A program made the position numbers and the translations under genes. Positions 1 to 12,166 of a DNA stretch of 64,000 bases are shown here, in pieces. The notes under the pieces are model-generated. The model was not told the origin of the DNA, searched no databases, and saw only the letters and a program-made list of their open reading frames with translations. This stretch comes from an uncultured Spirochaetota bacterium. GTDB taxonomy: Bacteria; Spirochaetota; Spirochaetia; SZUA-6; Fen-1364. Every line of letters starts with the position of its first letter. The stretch's first letter is position 1. The stretch is from assembly GCA_963745235.1 (NCBI GenBank), contig CAVUXE010000010.1, positions 1 to 64,000 of the forward strand, written 5' to 3'.

Positions 1-855
1 CCCTTTGTCCTCTATGACAAGACGGTTTTCGATCGGTACGGGCTGAAGCCGCCGAAGACGTTCGACGAGTGGAAGAAAGTCAGCGAAACACTGAAAGCCC
101 ACGGAATCATTCCCGCTGCCATCGGGCTCAAGGATGGATGGATCAACACCGACATGTTCCTGGCAATGGCCAACCAGTACGCCCCCGGCAAGGTCTATGA
201 CGCGATTGAGGGCAAGGTTTCGTTCACGGACACAACGTTCGTCGATGCCCTCACCGCGTGGAAGAAGGTCTTTGACAGCGGCATCTTCGAGAACGGCGCC
301 TTGGGCGTAAGCCAGTACCCCAACGCCCGGGACCAGTACTTCTATGACAAGAAAGCCGCGATGTTCATCACTGGATCCTGGCATCTGGGATACGCCCTTC
401 CGGAGGGAGAAAAAAACCAGGGAACCAAGCTCCAGAAAGACGAGACAGGGGCGTTCCTCCTTCCGCAGGTAGGGCCCAACCCGACCCGGGTCTTCGCAAG
501 CATTGACGGTGGGTTCGGGATCAACTCGGACTCGAAAAACAAGGATGCCGCCTGGAAGTTCGTCGAGTTCATTTCCCGAGGCGATGGTGAGCAGGTGATG
601 CTCGACTACCTTCAGGGGTTCTCCCCGTGGAAGGGAATGTCCGCCAAGTCCCTCGATAGGCTTCATCCTTCCGACCGCGAGGCCATCCTGATGGCCGAGA
701 AGGCGTTCGAGAATCCGGTCGGACCGCGCAGCGTGAAATACCCTGAGATCGACACCGCGATCGGTGTCGCTATGCAGGAGGTTTCCGCCGGCGGAAAGTC
801 GCCGCAGGCGGCGGCGCAGGATATCCAGACGGCTTCGGAATCCGTCAGTCGATAA
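1..855 (+). CDS. Carbohydrate ABC transporter substrate-binding protein (5'-partial)
   Basis: Frame 1 is open from base 1 (PFVLYDKTVFDRYGLKPPKTFDEW...). CUT1 SBP features AAMFITGSW and NKDAAWKFVEF; followed by two permeases. Confidence 0.9.
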   Translation, partial: PFVLYDKTVFDRYGLKPPKTFDEWKKVSETLKAHGIIPAAIGLKDGWINTDMFLAMANQYAPGKVYDAIEGKVSFTDTTFVDALTAWKKVFDSGIFENGALGVSQYPNARDQYFYDKKAAMFITGSWHLGYALPEGEKNQGTKLQKDETGAFLLPQVGPNPTRVFASIDGGFGINSDSKNKDAAWKFVEFISRGDGEQVMLDYLQGFSPWKGMSAKSLDRLHPSDREAILMAEKAFENPVGPRSVKYPEIDTAIGVAMQEVSAGGKSPQAAAQDIQTASESVSR

Positions 856-879
856 CCCGGGTTCTCCGCCTCTCGTTAC

Positions 880-910
880 CATGAACGGCCCATCACATGG
901 GCCGTTCGTG
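880..910 (+). other. Intercistronic stem-loop after the SBP gene (likely mRNA stabiliser)
   Basis: CATGAACGGCCCAT-CAC-ATGGGCCGTTCGTG, 14-bp stem with one G-U pair and no U-tract. This is a typical position for differential mRNA stability in ABC operons. Confidence 0.55.
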
Positions 911-942
911 CCTTCCAGCGGTATACAAGGGATGGTAAAGCG

Positions 943-1818
943 TTGACCTTGTTCAAGCGCAACCGGGCGGTACCGTACCTCTACATATTTCCTTTGCTCG
1001 TTTTTTGCGGGATCTTCCTCTACTACGCCCTTGGATTCACTCTCTTCACCAGTCTCCATGACTGGAACGGCATCAACAGGCACATGACGTACATCGGGCT
1101 GGCCAACTACCACAGGCTTTTCCGCGACCCCACCTTCTTCCGCGCGATCGGCAACGTCCTCGTCTTTTTCGTCGTCACCGTGGGCGTACAGGCCGCGCTC
1201 GGCTTCCTGATAGCAGTGTTCTTTCGGGAACCCATCCGAGCGAAGACGTTCTACCAGGCGGTTTTCTTCATCCCCGTCATCATGTCACCGGCGGTGATAT
1301 CGGCGATCTTCCGGATCATTCTGGACCCGAACGTAGGTCAGATCAACGAAACCTTGCACTTGTTGAAGTGGGATGCCCTGGCGCTCTCCTGGCTCGGCGA
1401 CCCAAAGGTCGCCTTGTTTTCGATCATTGGCGTCAACATTTTCCAGTGGATGGGTTTCAGCCTGATGCTCTACTACACGTCTCTGCTCGCCGTTCCCGGG
1501 GAGATATACGAGGCCGCCAAGATCGACGGCTGCGGCTTCTGGAGCACGATCTTCAGAATTACATTTCCCCTTGTCAAAAGTACGCACGCCCTGCAGATCG
1601 TCCTGGGCATTCTTGGCTCTCTGAAGACGTTTGACATTGTCTATCTCCTTACGGGAGGCGGGCCGGGGCATTACACGGAGTTCCTGACGACATACCTGTA
1701 CAAGACAGCTCTGCAGGATTTCAAGGGAGGATACGCCTCCACCATCGGGACGATGATAGTCGTCATCGCGCTGGGATTTGCGGCCATGCAGATTCAATTG
1801 AGCAATCGCAAAGCATAG
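943..1818 (+). CDS. Carbohydrate ABC transporter permease (MalF/UgpA-like)
   Basis: Multiple TM segments and EAA loop EIYEAAKIDGC; TTG start. Confidence 0.92.
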   Translation: MTLFKRNRAVPYLYIFPLLVFCGIFLYYALGFTLFTSLHDWNGINRHMTYIGLANYHRLFRDPTFFRAIGNVLVFFVVTVGVQAALGFLIAVFFREPIRAKTFYQAVFFIPVIMSPAVISAIFRIILDPNVGQINETLHLLKWDALALSWLGDPKVALFSIIGVNIFQWMGFSLMLYYTSLLAVPGEIYEAAKIDGCGFWSTIFRITFPLVKSTHALQIVLGILGSLKTFDIVYLLTGGGPGHYTEFLTTYLYKTALQDFKGGYASTIGTMIVVIALGFAAMQIQLSNRKA

Positions 1819-1828
1819 GGGCCCGGGG

Positions 1829-4142
<2,314 letters not shown>

Positions 4143-4192
4143 GAACAAGAGTTGACAGCGCTGCGCTTCCAGATACGAAAGTTAGAAAAAAA

Positions 4193-4290
4193 GCCTGGCA
4201 GCGACCTATTCTCCCACCCTCAAGGGGCAGTACCATCGGTGCGGCAGGGCTTAACTCCAGTGTTCGTGATGGAACGGGTAGCTTCCCCGG
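4193..4290 (-). pseudogene. rrf: Orphan, 5'-truncated 5S rRNA-derived fragment
   Basis: Minus strand reads GGGGAAGCTACCCGTTCCATCACGAACACTGGAGTTAAGCCCTGCCGCACCGATGGTACTGCCCCTTGAGGGTGGGAGAATAGGTCGCTGCCAGGC. It carries 5S hallmarks CGAAC, GTTAAG, GATGGTACTG, GGGAGA.TAGG and the GCCAGGC end. The ~20-nt 5' strand of helix I is missing and no 23S is adjacent. Confidence 0.8.
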
Positions 4291-4544
4291 GAGAACTGGC
4301 AGATGGAAACCGGCACCCTAGCGATGATGAAGCTCCTCGCCTCCCCTCGCAGCGATGCAACCCATTTCTACCCTTGGAATGCGGATCGCGGTGAGGGGAG
4401 GAGTCGCGTGCCGTGCGATGATTGGACGACGGAAGATTCCTTACACGCCCCAGCTGGTCGTCCGGTCTTCCTGCGTGCCCCCCTGTCTGCCCTTGTTCCA
4501 GCCGCCGGATTGTTGAAACCGATGAACGCCGGCGTCAAAAAAGA

Positions 4545-5555
4545 TCACGAGCTGCTTCTGACCACCAGGCGGGTCCGAAGGACCTCGTGCACGCAGGGCA
4601 GCTCAGCCTTCGCGTTGATCCGGCTCATGAGCACGTGGAACGCCCGGCGCGCCATGCCTGTCTTCGACGGCCCGATTGACGTGAGAGGAAAAGGGAAGAA
4701 GAACTGGGACTGGATGTTATCGAAGCCGACGATTGCCATGTCGCGGGGGATCTGCAGCCCCATGCCGAGAAGGGTGTACATCGTCTCCCAGGCAATGAGG
4801 TCGCTGAACGCGAAGACCCCGGTGAAATCCAGTTTCTCCTGCATCACGCCCCTGATCAGGGACCGGCAGTCTCCGGCCACGATGGGCACCTCCCGCACAA
4901 GGCGTTCATCGAACGGAATCCCGCTGTCCGCCAGGGCGGCGCAGTAGCCGGCAAGGCGTTTCTCCGCGCTGGAGATGAACCGTGGACCGTTGAGGAAGAG
5001 GATGCGCCGGTGCCCGCGGTCTATCAAGTGCTGGGTGGCCAGCCTCCCGCCTTCGAAATCGTCACATACCACGTAGTCTGTATCCGGCTCAACGTACGAG
5101 CGGCCAATGAGCACGAAAGGCACCCCCGTCTTCTGGAGGTAGACGATGTTCTTCGGGCTCCTCTGCGTAGGGCAGATGATGATCCCGTCCACCCGCCTTC
5201 CCAGCGCGGCAAGGATAGCCTCCCTTTCCATCTCCTCATCCTCATCCGTGTTCAGGATGATCGTCGTATATTTGTGCACGCGCGCTGCATTCTCGATCCC
5301 CTTCAGCATGATGGCGAAATGGGGGTTGGAGATGTCGCCGCAGATGGCCGCAATGCTGCGCGTGGAGCCTGATCTCATGGAGCCCGCGATCGAGTTGGCC
5401 ACATAGCCCAGCTCGTTCGCTTTTCTCTGGATGACCTGGCGGGTGCCGGCGGCAATGTCTTCCTTGTCCCTCAGCGCCCGCGCCACGGTGTTCACCGTGT
5501 ATCCGGTCTCAAGGGCTATGTCCTTCAGCGTGACCCGGTAGCGTCTCGGCCTCAT
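4545..5555 (-). CDS. LacI-family transcriptional regulator
   Basis: N-terminal HTH VTLKDIALETGYTVNTVARAL, sugar-binding domain, IVGFDNI; last gene of the minus-strand sugar operon. Confidence 0.95.
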   Translation of the reverse strand: MRPRRYRVTLKDIALETGYTVNTVARALRDKEDIAAGTRQVIQRKANELGYVANSIAGSMRSGSTRSIAAICGDISNPHFAIMLKGIENAARVHKYTTIILNTDEDEEMEREAILAALGRRVDGIIICPTQRSPKNIVYLQKTGVPFVLIGRSYVEPDTDYVVCDDFEGGRLATQHLIDRGHRRILFLNGPRFISSAEKRLAGYCAALADSGIPFDERLVREVPIVAGDCRSLIRGVMQEKLDFTGVFAFSDLIAWETMYTLLGMGLQIPRDMAIVGFDNIQSQFFFPFPLTSIGPSKTGMARRAFHVLMSRINAKAELPCVHEVLRTRLVVRSSS

Positions 5556-6994
5556 CAGGAATGACTTCCGCTCCTGCCCACGTGCACCTCATTCAGGGTA
5601 GTTACGTCGTAGCCCAGGTACGTCCGGAAAGCCTCCGCGGCGGCCAGGGAGACGTTCCCCGGAGTTATGCTCACGTGGTGGCGGTGACCCGCGCGGCCAA
5701 TCCACTGGAGCACGTCCTGCAGGTGGTCTATCTGCGCCACGCCCGCGCAGCCGAAGAACTCCCGTGAGATGGGGTCTTCCGTGATCCGCCCTTCTCCCAG
5801 GTAAAAATGCAGCTCCCCTTTGTCCGTCATCATGCCGCCATACGTGATGGGCATGGGGCGGATGCTTCCGATGTTGCACCCGAACCCGTTGCCTTTTCCC
5901 ACCGTGCTCTGGAGGATGAGGTGGTCTGAGATCGTTCCCTTTTCGGCCATAAGGCTCTTGGGCACGTTCCCGCAATGGAAAAGGATGCATTTGTCCTCGT
6001 CATCCCCGTAGTTGTTGTTCCAGTCCAGGATGGTGGACGCCTGTCCCGAAGCCCGCCCCAGCGCGAACATGGTGACAGCGTTTGCGACATCCACTTCGCA
6101 GGCAACGGGGATGTCGTGATCCGCAAGCTCCCCGGTGACCACGCAGGGTGACACCCCGTAGCGCAGCTGCAGCTCCGTCCAGCAACGCAGCGCCATGGCG
6201 TTCAGGCCGTATTCCTCTGTAAGCTGATCCAGGACCACGCCCAGGCGTGCAAGGTTCAGGAGAGCCTTCTCAGGGGCGTTCTGGAAGCTCGCCGCCGAGT
6301 GCAGCTGGGCAATCTTGCCTTTCACCGCCGCGCTTTCGCCATCCAGACGATCCATCCGTGCAAACACCTCGGACAGGTCCACCGTCTCCACGGTGATCCC
6401 CTTTGCCTGGAGAGCCAGCTCGTCCACGCGCACGGTCTTGAAGGGAGTGGTCCGCGCGCCAATGGAGCCCACCGCCATTCGCTTCATGCCGCTGACCACC
6501 CGGCAGGTCCGGTCGAACACGTCGATGTTGTCCCTGAAGGCCGCGCTCGTGGGATGGACGGTGTGCGGTTTCAGGTTCGTGAAGGGAATGCCGAACTGCC
6601 GAAAGACGTCCATGATTGAGATCTTTCCGCAAAACGAGTCACGGCGCATCTTCGGCCCCATCTTGTCCAGCTCATCCGGGTAGGCCTGAATGAGGATGGG
6701 CACTCCGGCATCCTTGAGCGCAACGGCCGCCCCGTTCTCATCCCCGAAGTTCGGCAGGGACAGGATGACTCCCCCGAAGCGGCCGCGGTTGGCCTCCAGG
6801 AACCGGGCGAACACCCGGCCCTGTTCGGCGGTTTCCACGGCGCCGTGCGGTGTCGCGGATTCCTCCAGGAGAAGCGTCTCATGCCCCATCTCGCGGAGCA
6901 CTCGGACCACCTCCTCACGCGCGGACCTGATCAGGGATGCCGGGAAGAAGCCCCGGTTCCCAAAGAAAAGAGCGAACGGTGTCTTTCCCGTCAT
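5555..6994 (-). CDS. L-fucose/L-arabinose isomerase-family protein
   Basis: RRDSFCGKIS, ALRCWTELQ, ACEVD, FHCG and GHRHH motifs; overlaps the neighbouring genes. Confidence 0.8.
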   Translation of the reverse strand: MTGKTPFALFFGNRGFFPASLIRSAREEVVRVLREMGHETLLLEESATPHGAVETAEQGRVFARFLEANRGRFGGVILSLPNFGDENGAAVALKDAGVPILIQAYPDELDKMGPKMRRDSFCGKISIMDVFRQFGIPFTNLKPHTVHPTSAAFRDNIDVFDRTCRVVSGMKRMAVGSIGARTTPFKTVRVDELALQAKGITVETVDLSEVFARMDRLDGESAAVKGKIAQLHSAASFQNAPEKALLNLARLGVVLDQLTEEYGLNAMALRCWTELQLRYGVSPCVVTGELADHDIPVACEVDVANAVTMFALGRASGQASTILDWNNNYGDDEDKCILFHCGNVPKSLMAEKGTISDHLILQSTVGKGNGFGCNIGSIRPMPITYGGMMTDKGELHFYLGEGRITEDPISREFFGCAGVAQIDHLQDVLQWIGRAGHRHHVSITPGNVSLAAAEAFRTYLGYDVTTLNEVHVGRSGSHS

Positions 6995-8517
6995 GTGTTC
7001 CTTCCCGTCAGAATATGCGTCAGGATGGCAGCCTGTGTCATGGCCCCCCTCTCCGTGATCTCCGCCACCAGCGTCCCGGCTCTCATGACGTAGATCCGGT
7101 CACTCATGCCGATCAGCTCGGGAAGCTCCGAAGAAACCATGAGCACGGCAAGCCCCCGGGCCGCGATCTCATCGATCATCTTATAGATTTCCGACTTCGC
7201 GTTCACGTCAATACCCCGGGTCGGCTCGTCCAGGAGCAGCAGCCGCGGTTGTGCGGCGCGCCACTTTGCGAAGACCGTCCTCTGCTGGTTTCCCCCGCTC
7301 AGCGTGCTCACCGTCTGCTCCAGGGAGCGGGCAACGATTCGCATCTCCTCCACGGAGCTTCGCGCAGCCGCCCGCTCCCTGCGCCGGGAGATGACCCCCA
7401 GCCGGAAGAGCCGAAACAGGGAGGCGAGAGTGACGTTCTCACGGATGGTCATGGCTGTGATCAGGCCCTCGGTCTTGCGATCCTCCGAGAGGTATGCCAT
7501 GCCCGCGCGCACCAGGCGTCCCGGCCCCCAGCCGTTGATCTTCCTTCCATCATACGTGACACGGCCTGAGAGCAGGCGGCGTGCGCCGAAGATCGTTTTG
7601 AGAAGCTCCGTGCGCCCGGAGCCGACCAGACCACTGATGCCCACAACCTCTCCGCGCCGGACGGTAAGGCTTAACGGAGCCGCCGAAGGGAGCAACCTGA
7701 GGTCCTCAACGGCGAGCACTACTTCATCAGACGGTCGATGGGAGCGCGGGTACATGTCCTGGATGGTGCGTCCTACCATCATCTGGATCACTTCGTCTTC
7801 GCGAAACCCCTCCGTGGGAACCGTCCCGAAGGACCTCCCGTCCCGAAGGACCGAGATACGGTCCCCCACCTGCCGCAACTCCTCGAACCTGTGGGAGATA
7901 TAGACGATCCCGATCCCCCGGCCCTGGAGGGTTTTCATGAGGGAGAAGAGCCGGTCGATCTCATTCTTGGAAAGGCTCGCGGTGGGCTCGTCCATGATGA
8001 GGATCTTCGATTCATAGGATAGGGCTTTGGCGATCTCCACGATCTGCTGATGCGCCGTGGTGAGCCTGCCGAGCCGCACCGTGGGGTCGATGCTAAACCC
8101 AAGGGAGGAAAGGAGCGCCCGGGCTTGCCCGTACAGCTCCCGCGCATCGAGGATGCCGCTGCGCGTCGGCTCGCGCCCAAGGAAGATGTTGTGGGCCACG
8201 TCAAGGTTCGCGCAGAGATTCAGCTCCTGGTGAATGAAGGCGATCCCCTTGCCGCGCGCCTCCCGTGGGCTGGCAAAATCCACGGGAACGCCCTCCAGGA
8301 GGATGGAGCCCTGATCAGGGGGAATGATCCCGCCGAGAATCTTCATCAGCGTGCTCTTGCCCGCGCCGTTCTCCCCCACCAGGACGTGGACCTCCCCCTG
8401 GCGCAGATCGAAGGAAACGGAGTCAAGGATCTTCACGTCAGAGCCGCGGATGGGCCTGCCGGAGCTGTCATAGATGTACTTCGTGATGCCGCGCATCTCC
8501 AGGAGAAGCTCGTCCAT
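6991..8517 (-). CDS. Monosaccharide ABC transporter ATP-binding protein (RbsA/MglA-like, two ABC domains)
   Basis: Walker A GENGAGKST, ILIMDEPT, ISH, LSGGNQQ, LDEPTRGIDV. Confidence 0.95.
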   Translation of the reverse strand: MDELLLEMRGITKYIYDSSGRPIRGSDVKILDSVSFDLRQGEVHVLVGENGAGKSTLMKILGGIIPPDQGSILLEGVPVDFASPREARGKGIAFIHQELNLCANLDVAHNIFLGREPTRSGILDARELYGQARALLSSLGFSIDPTVRLGRLTTAHQQIVEIAKALSYESKILIMDEPTASLSKNEIDRLFSLMKTLQGRGIGIVYISHRFEELRQVGDRISVLRDGRSFGTVPTEGFREDEVIQMMVGRTIQDMYPRSHRPSDEVVLAVEDLRLLPSAAPLSLTVRRGEVVGISGLVGSGRTELLKTIFGARRLLSGRVTYDGRKINGWGPGRLVRAGMAYLSEDRKTEGLITAMTIRENVTLASLFRLFRLGVISRRRERAAARSSVEEMRIVARSLEQTVSTLSGGNQQRTVFAKWRAAQPRLLLLDEPTRGIDVNAKSEIYKMIDEIAARGLAVLMVSSELPELIGMSDRIYVMRAGTLVAEITERGAMTQAAILTHILTGRNT

Positions 8518-9458
8518 CAGGTTGCCCTGCTCCTGAGCCTGTCCATGACAATGACGGCGAGGATGATTCCGCCTTGCACCGCCAAGTACAGGTGATACGA
8601 GACGTTCAGGAGGTTGATGCAGTTCTCGATGATCTTGATGATGAGGACGCCGAAGATGCTTCCGATCACGGACCCAATACCGCCGAACAGGCTGGTCCCT
8701 CCCACGATGGCTGCCGTGACGATCTCAAACGTGAACGCGCCTCCCCCCATGTTCGGCTGGGCAGCGTTCACGCGGATAGTCAGGAGAAGGCCGGCGAGGG
8801 CGGCAAGGCTACTGCACAGCACATAGGTCAGCACGTTGACCCGCGCGGTCCGGAGGCCGCTGAGGGAGGCGGCGCGCGCATTGAAGCCGAATGCGCTGAG
8901 AGCACGGCCGAACACGGACCTGTGGATGAAGAACCAGGCAAGGCCGGCCATCCCGACGGCAATGAACACGGAGGTTGGAAGCCCCAGGAGCTCCGTTCTT
9001 CCCACGGCAAGGAGGGATGGAGGCAACCGCGTGATCACGTTCCCCGCGCTCATGAGCTGCGACACGCCATAGAGGATGTACCCCGTGCCGAGAGTCGTGA
9101 TGAACGCCGGCACCTTCATGTACTGGATAACGGCGCCGTTGAGAAGGCCCACAAGGGAGCCGAGGAGCACGGTTGCCGCAACGGTGACGCCCACGGGGAA
9201 CCCCCAGACCTTTGCCATGAAGCCAGTTGCCGTGGAAGCCAGGCCGACCACGAAGCCAAGGGAGAGGTCGATCCCGCCCGTCATGAGAACCATCGTCATG
9301 CCCAGGACGGCGATTGCGGGGATTGCCGCCTGCCGCGCTATGATTGCCGCGTTTTCCAGGGAAGCAAAGCTGCGGACGAACACGATCCCCGCCAGCGCAA
9401 GGAGCACGAAGATGAGGGCGCTGCCGTTTTTCAATACCCGCTGAGCCGCTCCTGTCAT
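8517..9458 (-). CDS. Monosaccharide ABC transporter permease (RbsC-like)
   Basis: GGIDLSLG, VPAFITTLG, AAIVGGTSLFGG. Start placed at MTGAAQ, an ATGA overlap with the upstream permease stop, rather than at 9725. Confidence 0.9.
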   Translation of the reverse strand: MTGAAQRVLKNGSALIFVLLALAGIVFVRSFASLENAAIIARQAAIPAIAVLGMTMVLMTGGIDLSLGFVVGLASTATGFMAKVWGFPVGVTVAATVLLGSLVGLLNGAVIQYMKVPAFITTLGTGYILYGVSQLMSAGNVITRLPPSLLAVGRTELLGLPTSVFIAVGMAGLAWFFIHRSVFGRALSAFGFNARAASLSGLRTARVNVLTYVLCSSLAALAGLLLTIRVNAAQPNMGGGAFTFEIVTAAIVGGTSLFGGIGSVIGSIFGVLIIKIIENCINLLNVSYHLYLAVQGGIILAVIVMDRLRSRAT

Positions 9459-9681
9459 GCGCGCGCCGCCCTTCTCTGGCGGGACACGCCGGAAGCGAAT
9501 ACCACCAGGATGATGATGGCGCCTACCAGGACGTTCTGGAAGAAGGGATGGACTCCCAGGAGGTCCAGGACGTTTCTCACCGAGCCAATGACCAGCGTTC
9601 CCACGATGGCCAGCGCCACCCTTCCCTCCCCTCCGGCAAGGCTGACACCGCCGATCACGCACGCTGCAATTGTGTCCAATT

Positions 9682-11345
9682 GAGGCTGTCCGATAACTGG
9701 TGTGGGCGTCCCAGATTTTCCGCACGCCGAGGTCAGCGCGGACCGACTCGGCTGGTCCGCGGGGGATCGCGTAGGACCCAAGGGCCCTGCAGGCCGTTAT
9801 TCATGATCCCCTTGTGCTCGTCCACCCTCATGTGGGAACGGCCATCAATCGCATCGCCCGATACCTCACGATTTTTCCTAGGTTGGTGGCAATCCGCACC
9901 AGCATGAACTCCAGCGCCGCCTTCGTCTTTCCCCGCAAGTGGTGCTGCGTCCAGCCCTTGTTCTTTTGATCATCGCCGTGCACCGGCTCGACGATCCCCT
10001 GACGCTTCATGTAGGTTTCCCGACCGTGATCACTGCGAAGCTTCTCTCTCATGCGCTCACGAAACGGTTCCCGGCTGTCAACAGCGATCGTTCGTTTGTT
10101 GCCTTTGGTGCACTTCTCCCGCAGGGGACAGTTCTGGCACTCCTGGCCTTCGTAGATGCTCAGCGTGTTGCCCTCACCAAGGCTGGTCACGGTTTTCAGC
10201 TCCATCGGCTTTCCTTCGGGGCAAAACACTTTGCCGTCTTTCTTCTCGAAGTTGCTGCTGTCGTACTTCCCCCGGCTCGTAGCTCCGTCTTCCGTTACTT
10301 CAAAGCGCCGATCCGGCAGGTAGTACTCCTCTTGGCGTTCGCACTCTGCCTTCTTCAAAGTCTCATAGTCGCAAAAGCCGGGATCTGCCAATACATTCTC
10401 GTGCCCTTGCCCGGCGTTGTCCTTGGCTCGGTCAACCAAGGAGAATAGATCCGCCGGCTTGTCTGACTCATCCGTGGTTGAAACCGCTACTACCACGCCC
10501 AGCTTGCCATCCACTGCGCTTTGGTGGTTGTAGCTCGGCAGGCTTCTTCCATCTTTATGCTTCATCACCTTGGCCTCCGGATCGCTCATGTTCACCGTGG
10601 CCTCTTCATCTTCCATGTCTTCCAGCATTGCCTTGAGCGCCAGAAGCCCTTTCTTCTGCCCCTGAAGCCTCTCCAACCGGGCGACCTTCTTTGCCTCGGT
10701 GAAATCTTCGTTCACCGGCTTGGCCACGACTCGTGTAATGGCCTCCTTGACCCGCTCGTAGGACTGCTTCGTACGCTTTCGATTCTTGCTGCGCCTGTAG
10801 TTCGCGTTCGCCTTGATCTTCTCCCCGTCAACGGCCAGGTTCTGGAAGTCCAGCATGTCCAGTCGCACACAGATCATCACAATCTGAGCGAAAAGCTTCG
10901 GGAGCACCTTTATGTGCCGCGTGCGGAAATCGTTAATCGTTCGAAAGTCCGGAACCTGATCCCCCGAGAGAAATATGAAGTCGGCTCGCTCCTTCAGTCC
11001 GTCCCAGATCTTGCGGCTACTCATCAGTCCGCTGTAGTAGGCATAGAACACCACCTTCAGCATCATCTGCGGGTGATAAGGGGGGCTTCCTTCCTCGGCA
11101 TACTCAGCGTAGACCTCGCCCAGATCCAGCATCTCTACCACTTTGTCGATCACACGGGCTGGATGGTCTGGCTCAAGTAGCTCGTTGGGCCTGATGCTGC
11201 GGAAAACGCCCTGGCCCTGATCGTACTCTCTGAATACCGGCATCGCTCCCTCCCGCGCGAACGATAGCATGACAGGTGCCGCCAATCAATGAAAAACCTA
11301 CCTGCGCTACGTTCGAGGCCTGTGGCCGGGTTGCCGGACAACCTC
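9682..11345 (-). mobile_element. Complete IS1182-family insertion sequence (1664 bp)
   Basis: Terminal IRs GAGGCTGTCCGATAAC and GAGGTTGTCCGGCAAC (13/16 match). AATT target duplication at 9678-9681 and 11346-11349; could also be read as a 6-bp CAATTG. Confidence 0.92.
9828..11243 (-). CDS. IS1182-family DDE transposase
   Basis: PYHPQMMLKV, SSRKI, PDFRTINDFR, AVDGEKIKANA, SYNHQ, LADPGF, CQNCPLREKC, RQGIVEPVHG. ATG at 11243 preceded by GGGAGGGA. Confidence 0.92.
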   Translation of the reverse strand: MPVFREYDQGQGVFRSIRPNELLEPDHPARVIDKVVEMLDLGEVYAEYAEEGSPPYHPQMMLKVVFYAYYSGLMSSRKIWDGLKERADFIFLSGDQVPDFRTINDFRTRHIKVLPKLFAQIVMICVRLDMLDFQNLAVDGEKIKANANYRRSKNRKRTKQSYERVKEAITRVVAKPVNEDFTEAKKVARLERLQGQKKGLLALKAMLEDMEDEEATVNMSDPEAKVMKHKDGRSLPSYNHQSAVDGKLGVVVAVSTTDESDKPADLFSLVDRAKDNAGQGHENVLADPGFCDYETLKKAECERQEEYYLPDRRFEVTEDGATSRGKYDSSNFEKKDGKVFCPEGKPMELKTVTSLGEGNTLSIYEGQECQNCPLREKCTKGNKRTIAVDSREPFRERMREKLRSDHGRETYMKRQGIVEPVHGDDQKNKGWTQHHLRGKTKAALEFMLVRIATNLGKIVRYRAMRLMAVPT

Positions 11346-12166
11346 AATTGATACGGGTCTCCCTGGATGGGGTGGACGGTGTCAAGCTGCGCGCTGAGCA
11401 GTATGCCGGCCACGGCAGCGCAGAACCCGCAGAACGCATACACGAAGAGCTTCAGGCCATCTACGTTGATCCCTTCCTGCCGCACCACGGTCTCATTCCC
11501 GCCGAGGGCATAGATGCGGTTTCCCGTGGGGGTGAATTGCATGATGACAATGCCGATGCCCATCATCACCACCATGAGGTAGTCCGAAATCGGGATTCCG
11601 AGAAGCATGCCGTTCCCGATATTGACGTACGCGGCTGGGAAGCCGCCGATAGACCGCCCGTTATTCATGATGAGCGCCAGTCCTTGGGCCACTTGCCCCA
11701 CAACGAGCGTCGTGATGAATGGGGGCACGTCCAGCTTGGACACCATGACCCCGTTGAACAGGCCCAGGCCGATGCCCGTTACGATCCCCGTCAGGATGGA
11801 AGCAGTTATCGGCACCCCGTGGAGCATGAGGAGGCCGCTCACCATGGGGCACAGAGCTATGAGCCCCGCAATGGATAGGTCGATGCCCAGGATGACGATG
11901 ACCATCGTCATGCCGACCGAGCAGATTCCGATGATCGAGCTCTGGCGGACGACGTTCAGCAGGTTCCCCGCCGTCAGGAAATGCGGAATGAGGAGCCCCA
12001 CCGCGGCAAAGGTGGCCACGCCAAGGACCGGGACCACGATGCGTCGCACATGAAGGCCGCGCGTCCCTCGTGTCACAGTTGCTCCCCAGGTAAGGGGTTC
12101 AGACCGCGCGGCTCGAGCGCCGCAACCCGAATGCCAAGGCCGGCGGTTTGAACCCTTGTTTGTCGA

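Larger units (their letters stand above)
9455..12076 (-). pseudogene. Monosaccharide ABC permease (RbsC-like) interrupted by an IS1182-family element
   Basis: N-part 12076-11346 (GIDLSIAG, VPPFITTL ... QGDPYQ) and C-part 9681-9455 (LDTIAACVIGGVSLAGGEG). Removing the IS and one AATT restores in-frame GDPYQLDTIAAC. Confidence 0.92.

Noticed and set aside
4152-4394. 80-aa ORF after abfA
   Set aside because: Largely the antisense translation of the 5S-derived fragment; no protein features.
8517-9781. N-terminal extensions of ORFs 8517-9725 and 9455-9781, and the C-terminal tail of 11150-12076
   Set aside because: They run into IS1182 sequence or the neighbouring permease and are artefacts of the insertion.
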